NCBI GenBank assembly: GCA_965222715.1
Contig: OZ244961.1
Coordinates: 204,609 to 268,608, forward strand
Source: Minisyncoccota bacterium
GTDB taxonomy: Bacteria; Patescibacteriota; Minisyncoccia; Phycocordibacterales; JABMNX01
Length of the DNA: 64,000 bases
Direction: 5' to 3'
Made by a program: the position numbers and the translations under genes. The notes below the pieces were generated by a model. That model made no database searches. It was given only the letters and a program-made list of their open reading frames with translations, and was not told where the DNA came from. Below are positions 10,143 to 19,208 of the stretch, piece by piece (the stretch's first letter is position 1; each line of letters starts with the position of its first letter).

Positions 10143-10592
10143 ATGTGTAAAGCATCGATTGTTGCACGGTATACCCGTGACGCACGACTTCACGACAGAC
10201 TTCGTCTGGGAGTCTCTGAACACGCTCTGCCGTTCTTTCACCAAGAGGGAGACTCCGACGGTGTCGTCAGTTGCGTGAAGCATGGTCAGCTGCTCGAGCT
10301 CGGGAACATCCCGCTGGAAGCCCAGCGGCGTCTCGGTATCTCATCGACGGTTCTCGCCGAGTTCGTCGAGGAACCGGACGATGTCTCTGATCAGGTCAAG
10401 CTTCTCGACGGCCGCACGATCGACTTATGGGAACTTTTCCCACCGGATGCCGATCTCGAGCAGTTGCTCGGCAGCATCTCCGAGATCACCGCGGTCGTCG
10501 GCGGCTCCGAAAGTCTTCGCGAACAGGATGACGGTGACGATTCGGCTGATACGCCGCATTCCGTTCGGGACTCGGACCTCATCAGCGCCTGA
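10143..10592 (+). CDS. Hypothetical acidic protein (GC-richer ORFan)
   Basis: SD AAGGAGG before ATG 10143, GC-ending codons, terminator hairpin GACCCGCGCA...TGCGCGGGTC downstream. Confidence 0.6.
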   Translation: MCKASIVARYTRDARLHDRLRLGVSEHALPFFHQEGDSDGVVSCVKHGQLLELGNIPLEAQRRLGISSTVLAEFVEEPDDVSDQVKLLDGRTIDLWELFPPDADLEQLLGSISEITAVVGGSESLREQDDGDDSADTPHSVRDSDLISA

Positions 10593-10707
10593 TCCGGAAA
10601 CCTGCAGGTACAAGACCCGCGCACTAACACTGCGCGGGTCTTTCAACTTGTAAAGTGTCTCTAATTAAGGCAAGATAAAGTCCACATTGTTTTATTCTTT
10701 CTAGAGC

Positions 10708-10778
10708 TGCCAGATCGTCTAATGGTAGGACGCCTGGTTTTGGTCCAGGTAATCTAGGTTCGAGTCCTAGTCTGGCAG
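10708..10778 (+). tRNA. tRNA-Gln(TTG)
   Basis: Acceptor TGCCAGA/TCTGGCA, anticodon arm CCTGG-TTTTGGT-CCAGG, T-loop GGTTCGAGTCC. CCA not encoded. Confidence 0.95.
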
Positions 10779-10801
10779 CTTTGGACGGAATAATAGTACA
10801 C

Positions 10802-11530
10802 ATGGAATACGCACTTGAGATTACAAACTTTTCAAAAGAGTACAATGGTACCTCAGCAGTTTCTGATATCTCACTCACTATTCCCAAAGGGCAATTCTTC
10901 GGACTCCTTGGTCCCAATGGCGCCGGGAAGACCTCAACAATTCATTCTATTACCGGGATTGCCAAAGTAACCTCAGGCTCGATTAAAGTATTCGGTATTG
11001 ATGTAGTGAGTGACTACCGAGAAGCACGTAAAAAGATTGGACTCTCTCCTCAAGAATTTAATGTCGATATTTTTGCAAAGACGTGGCAAATTATTGATTA
11101 CATGGGTGGCTACTATGGTATGCCACACGATCTACGTGAAAAGCGAGTCCAAGAATTACTTGAGCAGTTTGATTTAGAAAAGCATAAAGATAAGCAGTTT
11201 CAACAACTCTCCGGTGGACTGAAGCGTCGCGTAGTGCTTGCCCGCGCACTGGTGCATGATCCAGAGTTATTAATTCTTGACGAGCCAACTGCTGGAGTTG
11301 ATGTCGAATTACGTCATGATTTATGGCGATATCTTGAGGAGTTTAATAAAGCAGGGAAGACAATCATTCTTACCTCACACTACCTTGAAGAAGTTGAGAG
11401 GTTGTGTGAGCGTATTGCGATTATTAATAATGGGAAAATTGTAGCTGACGGAGAGAAATCAGAATTTTTAAAAAATGGAGAGTCACTTGAGGAGACCTAT
11501 TTAAAAATAACTAAGGGACACGACTGGTAA
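10802..11530 (+). CDS. ABC-2 transporter ATP-binding protein (YadG-like)
   Basis: GPNGAGKT, LSGG, LILDEPTAGVDVELR, H-loop. Confidence 0.93.
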   Translation: MEYALEITNFSKEYNGTSAVSDISLTIPKGQFFGLLGPNGAGKTSTIHSITGIAKVTSGSIKVFGIDVVSDYREARKKIGLSPQEFNVDIFAKTWQIIDYMGGYYGMPHDLREKRVQELLEQFDLEKHKDKQFQQLSGGLKRRVVLARALVHDPELLILDEPTAGVDVELRHDLWRYLEEFNKAGKTIILTSHYLEEVERLCERIAIINNGKIVADGEKSEFLKNGESLEETYLKITKGHDW

Positions 11531-11531
11531 T

Positions 11532-12302
11532 ATGAGTGGTATGAACTGGATTGGACTATGGACATTTTTACGACGAGAATACGAGCGTATTACGCGTATT
11601 AAAGTGCAAACATTTGGTGCGCCACTTATTTCAGCATTCCTTTTTATTTTTATTTTTGGATTTGTGCTGGGAAGAAAGATTGATTTAATTGCAGGTATTC
11701 CATACATGCAGTTTGTCTTTCCAGGAATTTTGACCATGAGCGTGCTCTCTGCTGCGTTTGAGCACACATCAAGCATTATTTATTTTGGACGATGGCTGCG
11801 CACTATTGATGAAATGTTAGTTTCACCATTTTCATACATTGAAATGGTTATTGGGTTTGTGGGGAGTGCGGTGTTGCGTGCACTTACTATCGGGGCAGGG
11901 GTACTCGTTATTGGACTTTTGTTTGGTGCAGTCCAGGTTTCTAACATTTGGTTATTCCTCCTTGTTGCTGGTGCTGTTGCGGCGATCTTTGCACTAGTGG
12001 GTATTTTAGTGGGACTTTGGGCCAATAGTTTTGAGCAGCTTGGTATATTGAACACCTTTATTATCATGCCTCTCTCAATGCTTGGTGGTATGTTCTACTC
12101 TATCAACCTCCTCCCCGAAACCATTCAAACGATTACTCTTTTTAATCCATTTTTCTACTTCATTGATAGCATGCGGTTTGCAACACTTGGCTACCATGAA
12201 TCAAACCTCCTCATTGCCTCACTGTTAATCGGCGGACTAGTACTCGGCCTTGGCGCATTAGTGGTTTACTTATTCCACAAAGGCTGGCGAATACGCCACT
12301 AG
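11532..12302 (+). CDS. ABC-2 transporter permease (YadH-like)
   Basis: Six TM helices, YMQFVFPG, LGGMFYS, NPFFY. Confidence 0.9.
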   Translation: MSGMNWIGLWTFLRREYERITRIKVQTFGAPLISAFLFIFIFGFVLGRKIDLIAGIPYMQFVFPGILTMSVLSAAFEHTSSIIYFGRWLRTIDEMLVSPFSYIEMVIGFVGSAVLRALTIGAGVLVIGLLFGAVQVSNIWLFLLVAGAVAAIFALVGILVGLWANSFEQLGILNTFIIMPLSMLGGMFYSINLLPETIQTITLFNPFFYFIDSMRFATLGYHESNLLIASLLIGGLVLGLGALVVYLFHKGWRIRH

Positions 12303-12319
12303 GAGGCTCAGAATATACA

Positions 12320-12353
12320 AAATAAACGCCAAAGGTACCTTTGGCGTTTATTT
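12320..12353. repeat. Palindromic repeat copy 1 (34 bp perfect)
   Basis: AAATAAACGCCAAAGGT|ACCTTTGGCGTTTATTT. Confidence 0.9.
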
Positions 12354-12412
12354 ATACACAGGTAGAGTTATAGCATTGCTTGTATGTAGTAAATAGGTGG
12401 TATACTTTTCTC

Positions 12413-12511
12413 GAACGTGATGAGCGTTTCGGTGGAGATAGGTAAGAATCCGCCGGGGAATTAATGAGTTTTCTAGAAGTGTCGCTCGACACCCTAGAAG
12501 GCAAGCTCACA
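12413..12511 (+). ncRNA. Putative structured 5' leader (three-way junction)
   Basis: Extended -10 TGGTATACT at 12398-12406. Stems TGAGC/GCTCA, CGGTGGA/TCCGCCG and TTCTAG-GTGTCG/CGACAC-CTAGAA. Confidence 0.5.
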
Positions 12512-12568
12512 ATGGCTAAAGCTAAAAAAGCGAAAGCAGTAGTAAAGGCAGGAAAGAAGAAGAAATAA
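12512..12568 (+). CDS. 18-aa Lys/Ala-rich peptide MAKAKKAKAVVKAGKKKK
   Basis: Clean ORF between a promoter plus structured leader and a strong terminator. Confidence 0.55.
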   Translation: MAKAKKAKAVVKAGKKKK

Positions 12569-12580
12569 TCTTTTTCACCT

Positions 12581-12618
12581 ATACAAAAACAGTCCGTACA
12601 TACGGACTGTTTTTGTAT
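12581..12618. terminator. Intrinsic terminator
   Basis: ATACAAAAACAGTCCGTA-CA-TACGGACTGTTTTTGTAT. Confidence 0.8.
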
Positions 12619-12649
12619 CAACTATCTCGGTATACTATATATATTACAT

Positions 12650-12820
12650 ATGAATAAGAAAGACACATCAAAAAACATGGGTCTCGGGATTGCACTTGGT
12701 GTAGGTGTAGGGGCTGCGTTAGGTGTTGCTATGAATAACATCGCAGTCGGTATCGGTATTGGTGTTGCGCTCGGAGTTGCATTTGGTGTGTCTTTTTCAC
12801 AACAGCAAAAAAATAAATAA
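12650..12820 (+). CDS. Small glycine-zipper membrane protein (56 aa, not in ORF track)
   Basis: MNKKDTSKNMGLGIALGVGVGAALGVAMNNIAVGIGIGVALGVAFG..., with TATACT upstream. Confidence 0.75.
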   Translation: MNKKDTSKNMGLGIALGVGVGAALGVAMNNIAVGIGIGVALGVAFGVSFSQQQKNK

Positions 12821-12822
12821 TT

Positions 12823-13473
12823 ATGAAACAAGCATTAATTGTAGTTGGTATCATTGTTGTTCTCGGTGTTGGGTGGTACCTTGCGTCACCGCTTTTTATT
12901 AACGAAGAGGTTGATGAAGCGTTTCCTCTTTCAACAATAACTGAGGAAGAACGCAAGGAGATGGAAGATGCAATGAAAGAGGTTGGTATGGAACTCCCGT
13001 CACTTAAAGAGTTACAGGGCATGACGCAAGAAGAACTAGACGCGCTTGAAAAAGAAATGGTTGAGAAAAGTGCTGACATGCCAGACAAAGTAATGAATGA
13101 AGAGAGTGTTGAAGAAAATGAGAGTAGTGGACCAATCGCGCTTCTCACTGGAATGTTTCGCGATGCTGATAGCATCCACAAAGGAGAGGGTGAAGCTACT
13201 GTTTATGATCTTGGGAGTGAGGGGCGAATCGTTCGTTTTGAGAACTTTAATGTTACCAATGGTCCAGATCTTCGAGTGCTTCTTGCAACCCATCCAGATC
13301 CGCAAGGGAGAAGTGATGTTGATCAGGGGTACATTGAACTCGGAAAACTCAAAGGAAATATTGGTAATCAAAACTACACTATTCCATCAGATATTAATCT
13401 TGATGAGTACAACAGCATTGTTATCTACTGTAAGCCATTTCACGTAGTCTTTTCAGTCGCACCACTCCAGTAA
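12823..13473 (+). CDS. DM13 domain-containing protein
   Basis: N-terminal TM, GPDLRVLL, LGKLKGNIGNQNY, IYCKPFHVVF. Confidence 0.88.
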   Translation: MKQALIVVGIIVVLGVGWYLASPLFINEEVDEAFPLSTITEEERKEMEDAMKEVGMELPSLKELQGMTQEELDALEKEMVEKSADMPDKVMNEESVEENESSGPIALLTGMFRDADSIHKGEGEATVYDLGSEGRIVRFENFNVTNGPDLRVLLATHPDPQGRSDVDQGYIELGKLKGNIGNQNYTIPSDINLDEYNSIVIYCKPFHVVFSVAPLQ

Positions 13474-13490
13474 TTCAATAAGTAGACTTG

Positions 13491-13991
13491 ATGGAAACCT
13501 CTAGGGAAACAGAGTATCTTGTAATAGTACCCATTGAGAGTATGCATGTTGGTGATGTGTATCCCAAAGGGGAATTATTACCACTACACTGCACCATCAT
13601 GCCCTGGTTTACTTTAGGTACACATTTAGACTATAACAAGCTTGATGGTATACTCACCAAACTTTCTCAAGAGGTAAAAGGTGGAGTCATTGAACTTGTT
13701 TCCAAGTACAAAGATTTTTTTGGACCAGAAAATGATGTTGAGGTACATGTGTTAGAAAAAAATGATACAGTCACACACCTCCACAACCAACTACTTACAC
13801 TACTACATGAGGCACACGTTACACCTATTTCACCACAGTGGTTAGGCAAGGGTTATCGTCCTCATATTACTGATGTGTCTTCGCAAATGCAGACAGGGGA
13901 TTCAGTGAAAGTTCATAGTCTTTGCATATTAGAACATGCAGGAGATAGGGTGAAACGAGTCCTAAAAGAGTATACATTTGGGTCTAACTAA
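13491..13991 (+). CDS. 2H phosphoesterase / 2'-5' RNA ligase family protein
   Basis: Two HxT motifs (LHCT, PHIT). Confidence 0.75.
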   Translation: METSRETEYLVIVPIESMHVGDVYPKGELLPLHCTIMPWFTLGTHLDYNKLDGILTKLSQEVKGGVIELVSKYKDFFGPENDVEVHVLEKNDTVTHLHNQLLTLLHEAHVTPISPQWLGKGYRPHITDVSSQMQTGDSVKVHSLCILEHAGDRVKRVLKEYTFGSN

Positions 13992-14018
13992 GTTACATAT
14001 AACTATTCATTTATACAT

Positions 14019-14086
14019 TTATACCCATTCTATCCACAGGTTTTTGCACATTTTGATTTGCAGGACTTTTTACTAGTGTATAAAAT
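14019..14086 (+). promoter_or_regulatory. Promoter with three phased DnaA-box-like 9-mers
   Basis: TTATACCCA 14019, CTATCCACA 14030, TTTTGCACA 14042; TTGCAG, 17 nt, TAAAAT (14058-14086). Confidence 0.6.
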
Positions 14087-14091
14087 TAAAG

Positions 14092-14205
14092 GACTGAAGC
14101 GTTGACGGTTTTCCTCTCCGGAGAAAAACCTCGCAGTATGCAAGACGACTGCTTGAACGCTTCGGGCAAGCAAACGCACCGCTCACGCGGTGCGTTTGCG
14201 TTTTT
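14092..14205 (+). ncRNA. Putative small structured RNA, copy 1
   Basis: P1 CTGAAGCGTT/AACGCTTCGG, P2 GGTTTTCCTC/GAGAAAAACC, P3 GCAGT/ACTGC, then terminator hairpin 14170-14199 and T-run. Confidence 0.65.
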
Positions 14206-14228
14206 AGTTTTGATACAATAGTTAAAAA

Positions 14229-14534
14229 ATGAAAACGTATACTATTTCTTCTGAGCTATGGGTATATCCAACTGAAAAAGCCGCGTGGCACTTTGTTACT
14301 GTTGGCAAAAGAGAATCTGCCCACATTAAAAAAGATCAGCAGAAAAATCAAAAAGGAGTGCGTCGTGGTTTTGGGTCAATTCCAGTAAAAGTAACTATTG
14401 GCAAAACCACATGGACAACATCTATATTTCCTAACGCAAAAGATGGTACATATCTTCTGCCAGTAAAAAGCTCGGTGAGAAAAGCAGAGGGACTTTTTGA
14501 AGGAGATATGGTACAAGCATCTCTATTAATTTAG
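14229..14534 (+). CDS. DUF1905 domain protein
   Basis: AAWHFV, GFGSIPVKVTIGKTTWTTSIFP, YLLPVKSSVRKAEG. Confidence 0.85.
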   Translation: MKTYTISSELWVYPTEKAAWHFVTVGKRESAHIKKDQQKNQKGVRRGFGSIPVKVTIGKTTWTTSIFPNAKDGTYLLPVKSSVRKAEGLFEGDMVQASLLI

Positions 14535-14594
14535 AAATTTATAATCTAGAGTTTGGTATACTGAAACGGTTGTAATAACTTTATATCTCATTAT

Positions 14595-15359
14595 ATGAAA
14601 CACATTCTTACAGTAGTAATCTTACTCATTATTCTTGTTGGTGGATACTATCTCCTCATGCATGATGCTGAGAAAATAAGTAGAAGCACAAACCCCGTTA
14701 CTGTGACTCCAGTATCACACGCAACCTTCGCACTTTCGTGGGCAGGTGAAACACTGTACGCAGATCCTATTGGTGGGAAAGAGGTATTCAGTGATCTTGC
14801 TGCACCATCTCTTATATTTGTGACTGATGTTCATGGAGACCACTTAAATGTTGAAACACTCGAAGCGGTGGTCACCGAGGATACCACTATCCTTGCGCCG
14901 CAAGCGGTTGTTGATATGTTCACTGAAGGACTGCTTGGAAAGACAGTAGTACTTGCAAACGGAGAGACAACAGAGCAAAAAGGGTTCTCAATTGAAGCTA
15001 TCCCAATGTATAACTTACCAGATCAGGGGGTTGAAATTCGTCATGAAAAAGGGCGAGGAAATGGATACCTTATTGAGCGTGATGGCACTCGTGTCTACAT
15101 TGCTGGGGACACTGCTGATATTCCCGAAATGCGCATGCTTACTGACATTGATATTGCATTTATTCCAATGAATATGCCATACACCATGGATATTGAACGA
15201 GCAGCGAGCGGTGTTCTTGCTTTTAAACCCGCACAAGTCTACCCATATCACTACCGTGGGCCCGACGGACTTGCTGATGTTGATCGATTCAAAGAATTGG
15301 TAGAAGAGGGGGATGAAAACATTGAAGTTATATTAGGAAACTGGTATCCAGCTGAGTAA
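14595..15359 (+). CDS. MBL-fold metallo-hydrolase
   Basis: TDVHGDH, YIAGDT, YPYHY; N-terminal TM. Confidence 0.88.
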   Translation: MKHILTVVILLIILVGGYYLLMHDAEKISRSTNPVTVTPVSHATFALSWAGETLYADPIGGKEVFSDLAAPSLIFVTDVHGDHLNVETLEAVVTEDTTILAPQAVVDMFTEGLLGKTVVLANGETTEQKGFSIEAIPMYNLPDQGVEIRHEKGRGNGYLIERDGTRVYIAGDTADIPEMRMLTDIDIAFIPMNMPYTMDIERAASGVLAFKPAQVYPYHYRGPDGLADVDRFKELVEEGDENIEVILGNWYPAE

Positions 15360-15393
15360 GCATAGGTACTATAACTAAAGCTGCAGAAGCTTG

Positions 15394-15427
15394 AAATAAA
15401 CGCCAAGAGTACTCTTGGCGTTTATTT
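15394..15427. repeat. Palindromic repeat copy 2 (34 bp perfect)
   Basis: AAATAAACGCCAAGAGT|ACTCTTGGCGTTTATTT. Confidence 0.9.
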
Positions 15428-15458
15428 TTGCTTTTTAAAGCCACAATGCGGCTTTTGT

Positions 15459-15527
15459 TTATACACAAGGTGTCCACAGGTTTTTGCACATTTCGAGTTT
15501 GGTAAAAGTAAAACACTTATATATACT
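15459..15527 (+). promoter_or_regulatory. Promoter with three phased DnaA-box-like 9-mers
   Basis: TTATACACA 15459, GTGTCCACA 15470, TTTTGCACA 15482; TTGGTA, 17 nt, TATACT (15499-15527). Confidence 0.6.
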
Positions 15528-15532
15528 TTTAT

Positions 15533-15640
15533 GTACTAAGGCGTTGAGATTGATTTCTTCGGAAACCAATTGACGTAGTGAAAACTACACACATCGCCTT
15601 GGGCAAACCACACGCACCGCTCACGCGGTGCGTGTGTGCG
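15533..15640 (+). ncRNA. Putative small structured RNA, copy 2
   Basis: P1 CTAAGGCG/CGCCTTGG, P2 with cUUCGg loop, P3 GTAGT-GAAA-ACTAC, 3' hairpin sharing ACGCACCGCTCACGCGGTGCGT with copy 1. Confidence 0.65.
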
Positions 15641-15718
15641 TCTACGCTACTTTAAAAATATACTGTTTATTACTTACTAGTAGTTTTATACTCTTGTGTG
15701 GCATACTTATACATAACT

Positions 15719-16132
15719 ATGCATCATAAAATTGTAGTCGGTATTGTTATTGTAGGAGCAGTTATTGCTATTGACGCATTCTTCTGGGGAGGCATTCCAT
15801 CGGTCTTTGAAAGTGGTAATCGTGCCTCTGCACCATTACCAACAACACCCACAGAAACTGGGGAAGACAATGCTAACCCACGAAATGCAGCACAAACACT
15901 TACAGCGGTGCGCGACTATGTTTCTACACATACTGGAGTAGATGAAAATGAAGTTATTGTACCAAGTCTTTTTGAGAAAGAATGGCCAAATGGTTGTCTT
16001 GGTCTTGAGCAAACTGGAGAGTTTTGTACTCAAGTGATTACACCAGGTTTTGAAGTTACTGCAGAAGTTGGGGGAGAGACTATTGTATATCGCACGAATG
16101 CGGACGGCTCAGTCATTCGAGAAGCGCAATAA
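15719..16132 (+). CDS. Hypothetical exported protein
   Basis: N-terminal TM; WPNGCLGL...CTQVITPG...YRTN motif. Confidence 0.75.
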   Translation: MHHKIVVGIVIVGAVIAIDAFFWGGIPSVFESGNRASAPLPTTPTETGEDNANPRNAAQTLTAVRDYVSTHTGVDENEVIVPSLFEKEWPNGCLGLEQTGEFCTQVITPGFEVTAEVGGETIVYRTNADGSVIREAQ

Positions 16133-16155
16133 TATAACGTCGCTATATATACTAC

Positions 16156-16545
16156 ATGAAAGGATACATTGTTAATATTGAACAAGATACATTACAAAAC
16201 ACTGACTATCGTCGGGTACTCTACACCGCAAAAAATAGTCAACTTGTGGTTATGTCTATAGAGCCAGGAGACGAGATTGGTGAGGAGGTGCATGAACTTG
16301 ATCAGTTTATTCGTTTGGAGAAGGGGAGTGCAAAGGTCGTCCTTAATAAAGAAAATGAACACACACTCAATGCTGATGAGGCGGTAGTCATACCAGCTGG
16401 TATGTGGCATAACGTTATAAATATAGGGACCGAGCCGCTTAAACTATACTCAATTTACTCACCACCCGAACATAAAGATGGTACAGTACATGCAACTAAG
16501 GCGGATGAGCAAGAAGAACATTTTGATGGAGTAACAACAGAATAG
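16156..16545 (+). CDS. Cupin domain protein
   Basis: EIGEEVH..DQF, IPAGMWHNVIN, LKLYSIYSPPEH. Confidence 0.9.
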   Translation: MKGYIVNIEQDTLQNTDYRRVLYTAKNSQLVVMSIEPGDEIGEEVHELDQFIRLEKGSAKVVLNKENEHTLNADEAVVIPAGMWHNVINIGTEPLKLYSIYSPPEHKDGTVHATKADEQEEHFDGVTTE

Positions 16546-16547
16546 TT

Positions 16548-16940
16548 ATGGATTATTCAACATACTATACAAGTATTGCGAAGCCATTTTTTGCGCCACC
16601 AGAATGGGTGTTTGGTCTTGCGTGGGGAATTATTTACCCACTTATTGTTATTGCTGGGGTGTATCTACTCTATCTAGTTTTTAAACGTATAGTCCCAACA
16701 TCACTTCTCTTGGTCTTTGGAGTAAATATAGTAGCAAACCTTTTATTCACCCCTATTCAACTTACTCTTCAGAACAACCTCCTTGCGACCATTGATATAT
16801 TGGTAGTTCTTGGAACTCTGGCATATCTTCAGTATAAAATTTTCTCATTATCTAAAGTCATTTTTATACTCTTTCTTCCGTACTTACTTTGGGGATCTTT
16901 TGCAACCATACTTCAAGTGACTATTTTTTTCATGAATTAA
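16548..16940 (+). CDS. TspO/MBR family protein
   Basis: KPFFAPPEWVFGLAWGIIY, PYLLWGSFA. Confidence 0.9.
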   Translation: MDYSTYYTSIAKPFFAPPEWVFGLAWGIIYPLIVIAGVYLLYLVFKRIVPTSLLLVFGVNIVANLLFTPIQLTLQNNLLATIDILVVLGTLAYLQYKIFSLSKVIFILFLPYLLWGSFATILQVTIFFMN

Positions 16941-16982
16941 ATACACTTTACACTGGTAAGTGACCATGTACACTAGTGAGTA

Positions 16983-17342
16983 ATGTTTGGAAGTACTACA
17001 CAAGCCCGAGCACAGAATCACTCCATGTTACGTATGGTATGTTTTGTGATTGCGCTTTTCCTTGTTTTTTCTTTTGTTATTCACGCAATTGACATTGATC
17101 ACTACCACCCTGAAGCTATTTTTGGCGTTGGTCTTGAATCGTTTTTTCATGCTGACAATCGTAAGTGGGTATTTATACTCCTTATGCTGTGCGTCACGTT
17201 GTCCTTGTGGTGTATTAAAAAATACATACACACCCACGTGTTGGAAGAAACAACACAAGAAGATATCGTCCCTACGTCTGTATTTTTCTATTTTGATATT
17301 TCTACCGAGAAAGGAATTATTCAAAATATACTATATGGCTAA
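16983..17342 (+). CDS. Hypothetical membrane protein
   Basis: Two TM segments with a His-containing loop, upstream of a DUF305 gene. Confidence 0.55.
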   Translation: MFGSTTQARAQNHSMLRMVCFVIALFLVFSFVIHAIDIDHYHPEAIFGVGLESFFHADNRKWVFILLMLCVTLSLWCIKKYIHTHVLEETTQEDIVPTSVFFYFDISTEKGIIQNILYG

Positions 17343-17381
17343 CAGTTAGTTTTTGTATTAGTTACTAACTTAGAAAAATAT

Positions 17382-17960
17382 ATGAAAGAATATGGTTTAG
17401 CAGCAGGTATGCTGGTTATCGGACTTATTGGCGGATATTTCTTTGGTATGAATAATACCCAATTAAAGATGCCGCATATAGAGACCGAAGAACACATGGA
17501 TGATGGACATATGCACATGGCAGATGTCTCCAGTGACCGAGAATTTATTGAGCATATGATTCCACATCATCAAGAAGCAGTTGATACTGCGCGTGAAGTA
17601 CTTGAGAGAGGTGGAGAGATTTCTGAGGTGAAAACACTTGCTGAAAACATCATCACCGCTCAAGAAAAAGAGATTGTAGATATGAAATCATGGTACAAAG
17701 AGTGGTATGGTACTGATTTCAAAGATGTAGGTGTGTACGAACCAATGATGCGAGAACTCGAGACCTTCTCTGGAAAAGAATTAGATATTATCTTTACAAA
17801 AGATATGATAATTCATCACATGGGAGCGTTAATGATGGCAAACAGCGCCCTTAGTTTTGCAGAGCATAAAGAACTCCAAATGCTTTCTCAAAACATTCTT
17901 ACAACACAACAGGAAGAAATTGAACTTATGAAACATATCCTTCAAAGATACGAGGAGTAG
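17382..17960 (+). CDS. DUF305 (CopM-like) protein
   Basis: FIEHMIPHHQEAV, MIIHHMGALMMA, His/Met-rich N-terminal region. Confidence 0.88.
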   Translation: MKEYGLAAGMLVIGLIGGYFFGMNNTQLKMPHIETEEHMDDGHMHMADVSSDREFIEHMIPHHQEAVDTAREVLERGGEISEVKTLAENIITAQEKEIVDMKSWYKEWYGTDFKDVGVYEPMMRELETFSGKELDIIFTKDMIIHHMGALMMANSALSFAEHKELQMLSQNILTTQQEEIELMKHILQRYEE

Positions 17961-18039
17961 TTTCAAGAAAAAACAAAAAAAACACAGTGTGCACACTGTG
18001 TTTTTTGTTTTATTGTGTAAAATATACTACTATTTTTGT

Positions 18040-18501
18040 ATGATACACAATCAAAAAGAGACAGGTTTTACTATTATTGAACTTCTTGTGGTTGTTGCCA
18101 TTATTGGAGTACTAACATCACTCGGTCTTGCATTTTTGAGTCAAGCACAAGAAAAAGGGCGTGACAGTCGTCGGTTTGAAGATTTACAACAAATAAAAAA
18201 TGCACTTGAACTCTATAGTGCTGATCAAAGCGGCTTGTTCCCAAGTGGAAATTCTATGAGTATCCTTAAAACAGGGGAGTATATTGCAGCTATTCCATTT
18301 GACCCGCTGGGCACTGGGATATACGGGTATTCATATCAAGGCACTGATCTTTCAGGGAATATATGTAACTCTGGTCAGTGTACTAGTTATGTTCTCCGTG
18401 CAGTGCTTGAGGTGCCAGACCAGGAAGCGCTTTCTGTAGACAGAGATGGTATTATTGGAGGTCTGGATTGTACAGATCCCGCATTTTGTTTTACTCCGTA
18501 A
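18040..18501 (+). CDS. Type IV pilin / pseudopilin
   Basis: Class III signal G|FTIIELLVVVAIIGVL, followed by GRDSRRFEDL. Confidence 0.9.
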   Translation: MIHNQKETGFTIIELLVVVAIIGVLTSLGLAFLSQAQEKGRDSRRFEDLQQIKNALELYSADQSGLFPSGNSMSILKTGEYIAAIPFDPLGTGIYGYSYQGTDLSGNICNSGQCTSYVLRAVLEVPDQEALSVDRDGIIGGLDCTDPAFCFTP

Positions 18502-18521
18502 AAATATAGTATCTATAGAGT

Positions 18522-19163
18522 ATGGAAGATTCACAAGAAAAAAGCGCAAAAGAACAATACGAAGAGAAGAAAAGAATAAAAGAGGCGGCAAAGAAGGGCG
18601 TTAGTCAAAAAAAGGAGATACAACAATCTTCGACTCGATTCTTTACGTACTTCCTCGTCATCCTTATAGTATGTGCCATTGGATACGGCATCTACTTTAT
18701 TATTAAAGACGCTCAGCCAGTTGGTCCTGATTTCAGTAGAGATATACCTATTATGGAGTCTAGCGCGCATATTCCCATCGGGAGTGAGCTTCCTGAATAT
18801 AATTCAAATCCTCCAACATCTGGCCCTCATTATGAAATAACTGCCCGCTCAGGATTTCGTGGCGATGATGATATTGCTGACCAACACATTATTCATAACT
18901 TAGAACATGGTGACGTGTGGATTTCATATCACCCTCGAGTTGGTGCAGATGTTATTGAACAACTACGGTCTTTTGGGGCTGGTAAGGTTATTGTCACCAA
19001 GCGTGAGGCAAATGAAACTGACATTGCTGTAGCTTCATGGGGTAGACTCGACACCTTTAATCTTGAAGATAGTGTGGTACCAGAAGATCGAATCAATGAT
19101 TTTATAAAACGGCACCTTAACAATGGGCCAGAGCGAATCACTACACCAACAGGTGGTGTATAA
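18522..19163 (+). CDS. DUF3105 domain protein
   Basis: YNSNPPTSGPHY, IHNLEHG, ASWG, GPE. Confidence 0.88.
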   Translation: MEDSQEKSAKEQYEEKKRIKEAAKKGVSQKKEIQQSSTRFFTYFLVILIVCAIGYGIYFIIKDAQPVGPDFSRDIPIMESSAHIPIGSELPEYNSNPPTSGPHYEITARSGFRGDDDIADQHIIHNLEHGDVWISYHPRVGADVIEQLRSFGAGKVIVTKREANETDIAVASWGRLDTFNLEDSVVPEDRINDFIKRHLNNGPERITTPTGGV

Positions 19164-19208
19164 AAAATACTCAACTAACCTACACGTAACTTTGTTATAC
19201 TAGAGTGA

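Noticed and set aside
10673-10693. AGATAAAGTCCACATTGTTTT upstream of tRNA-Gln resembles junction 41412-41430
   Set aside because: The antisense frame stops after VDFILP with no WN motif, the TTCCAA arm is missing, and the sequence overlaps the likely tRNA promoter. Probably chance.
14019-15490. DnaA-box clusters as oriC
   Set aside because: Only three boxes per cluster, several imperfect, tied to promoters, with no dnaA/dnaN nearby. GC skew could not be computed.
14092-15640. Twin RNAs as c-di-GMP-I riboswitch, hammerhead ribozyme or tRNA
   Set aside because: GGGCAA lies after the junction rather than in the GEMM P2 context. There is no CUGANGA/GAAA core and no D or T arms.
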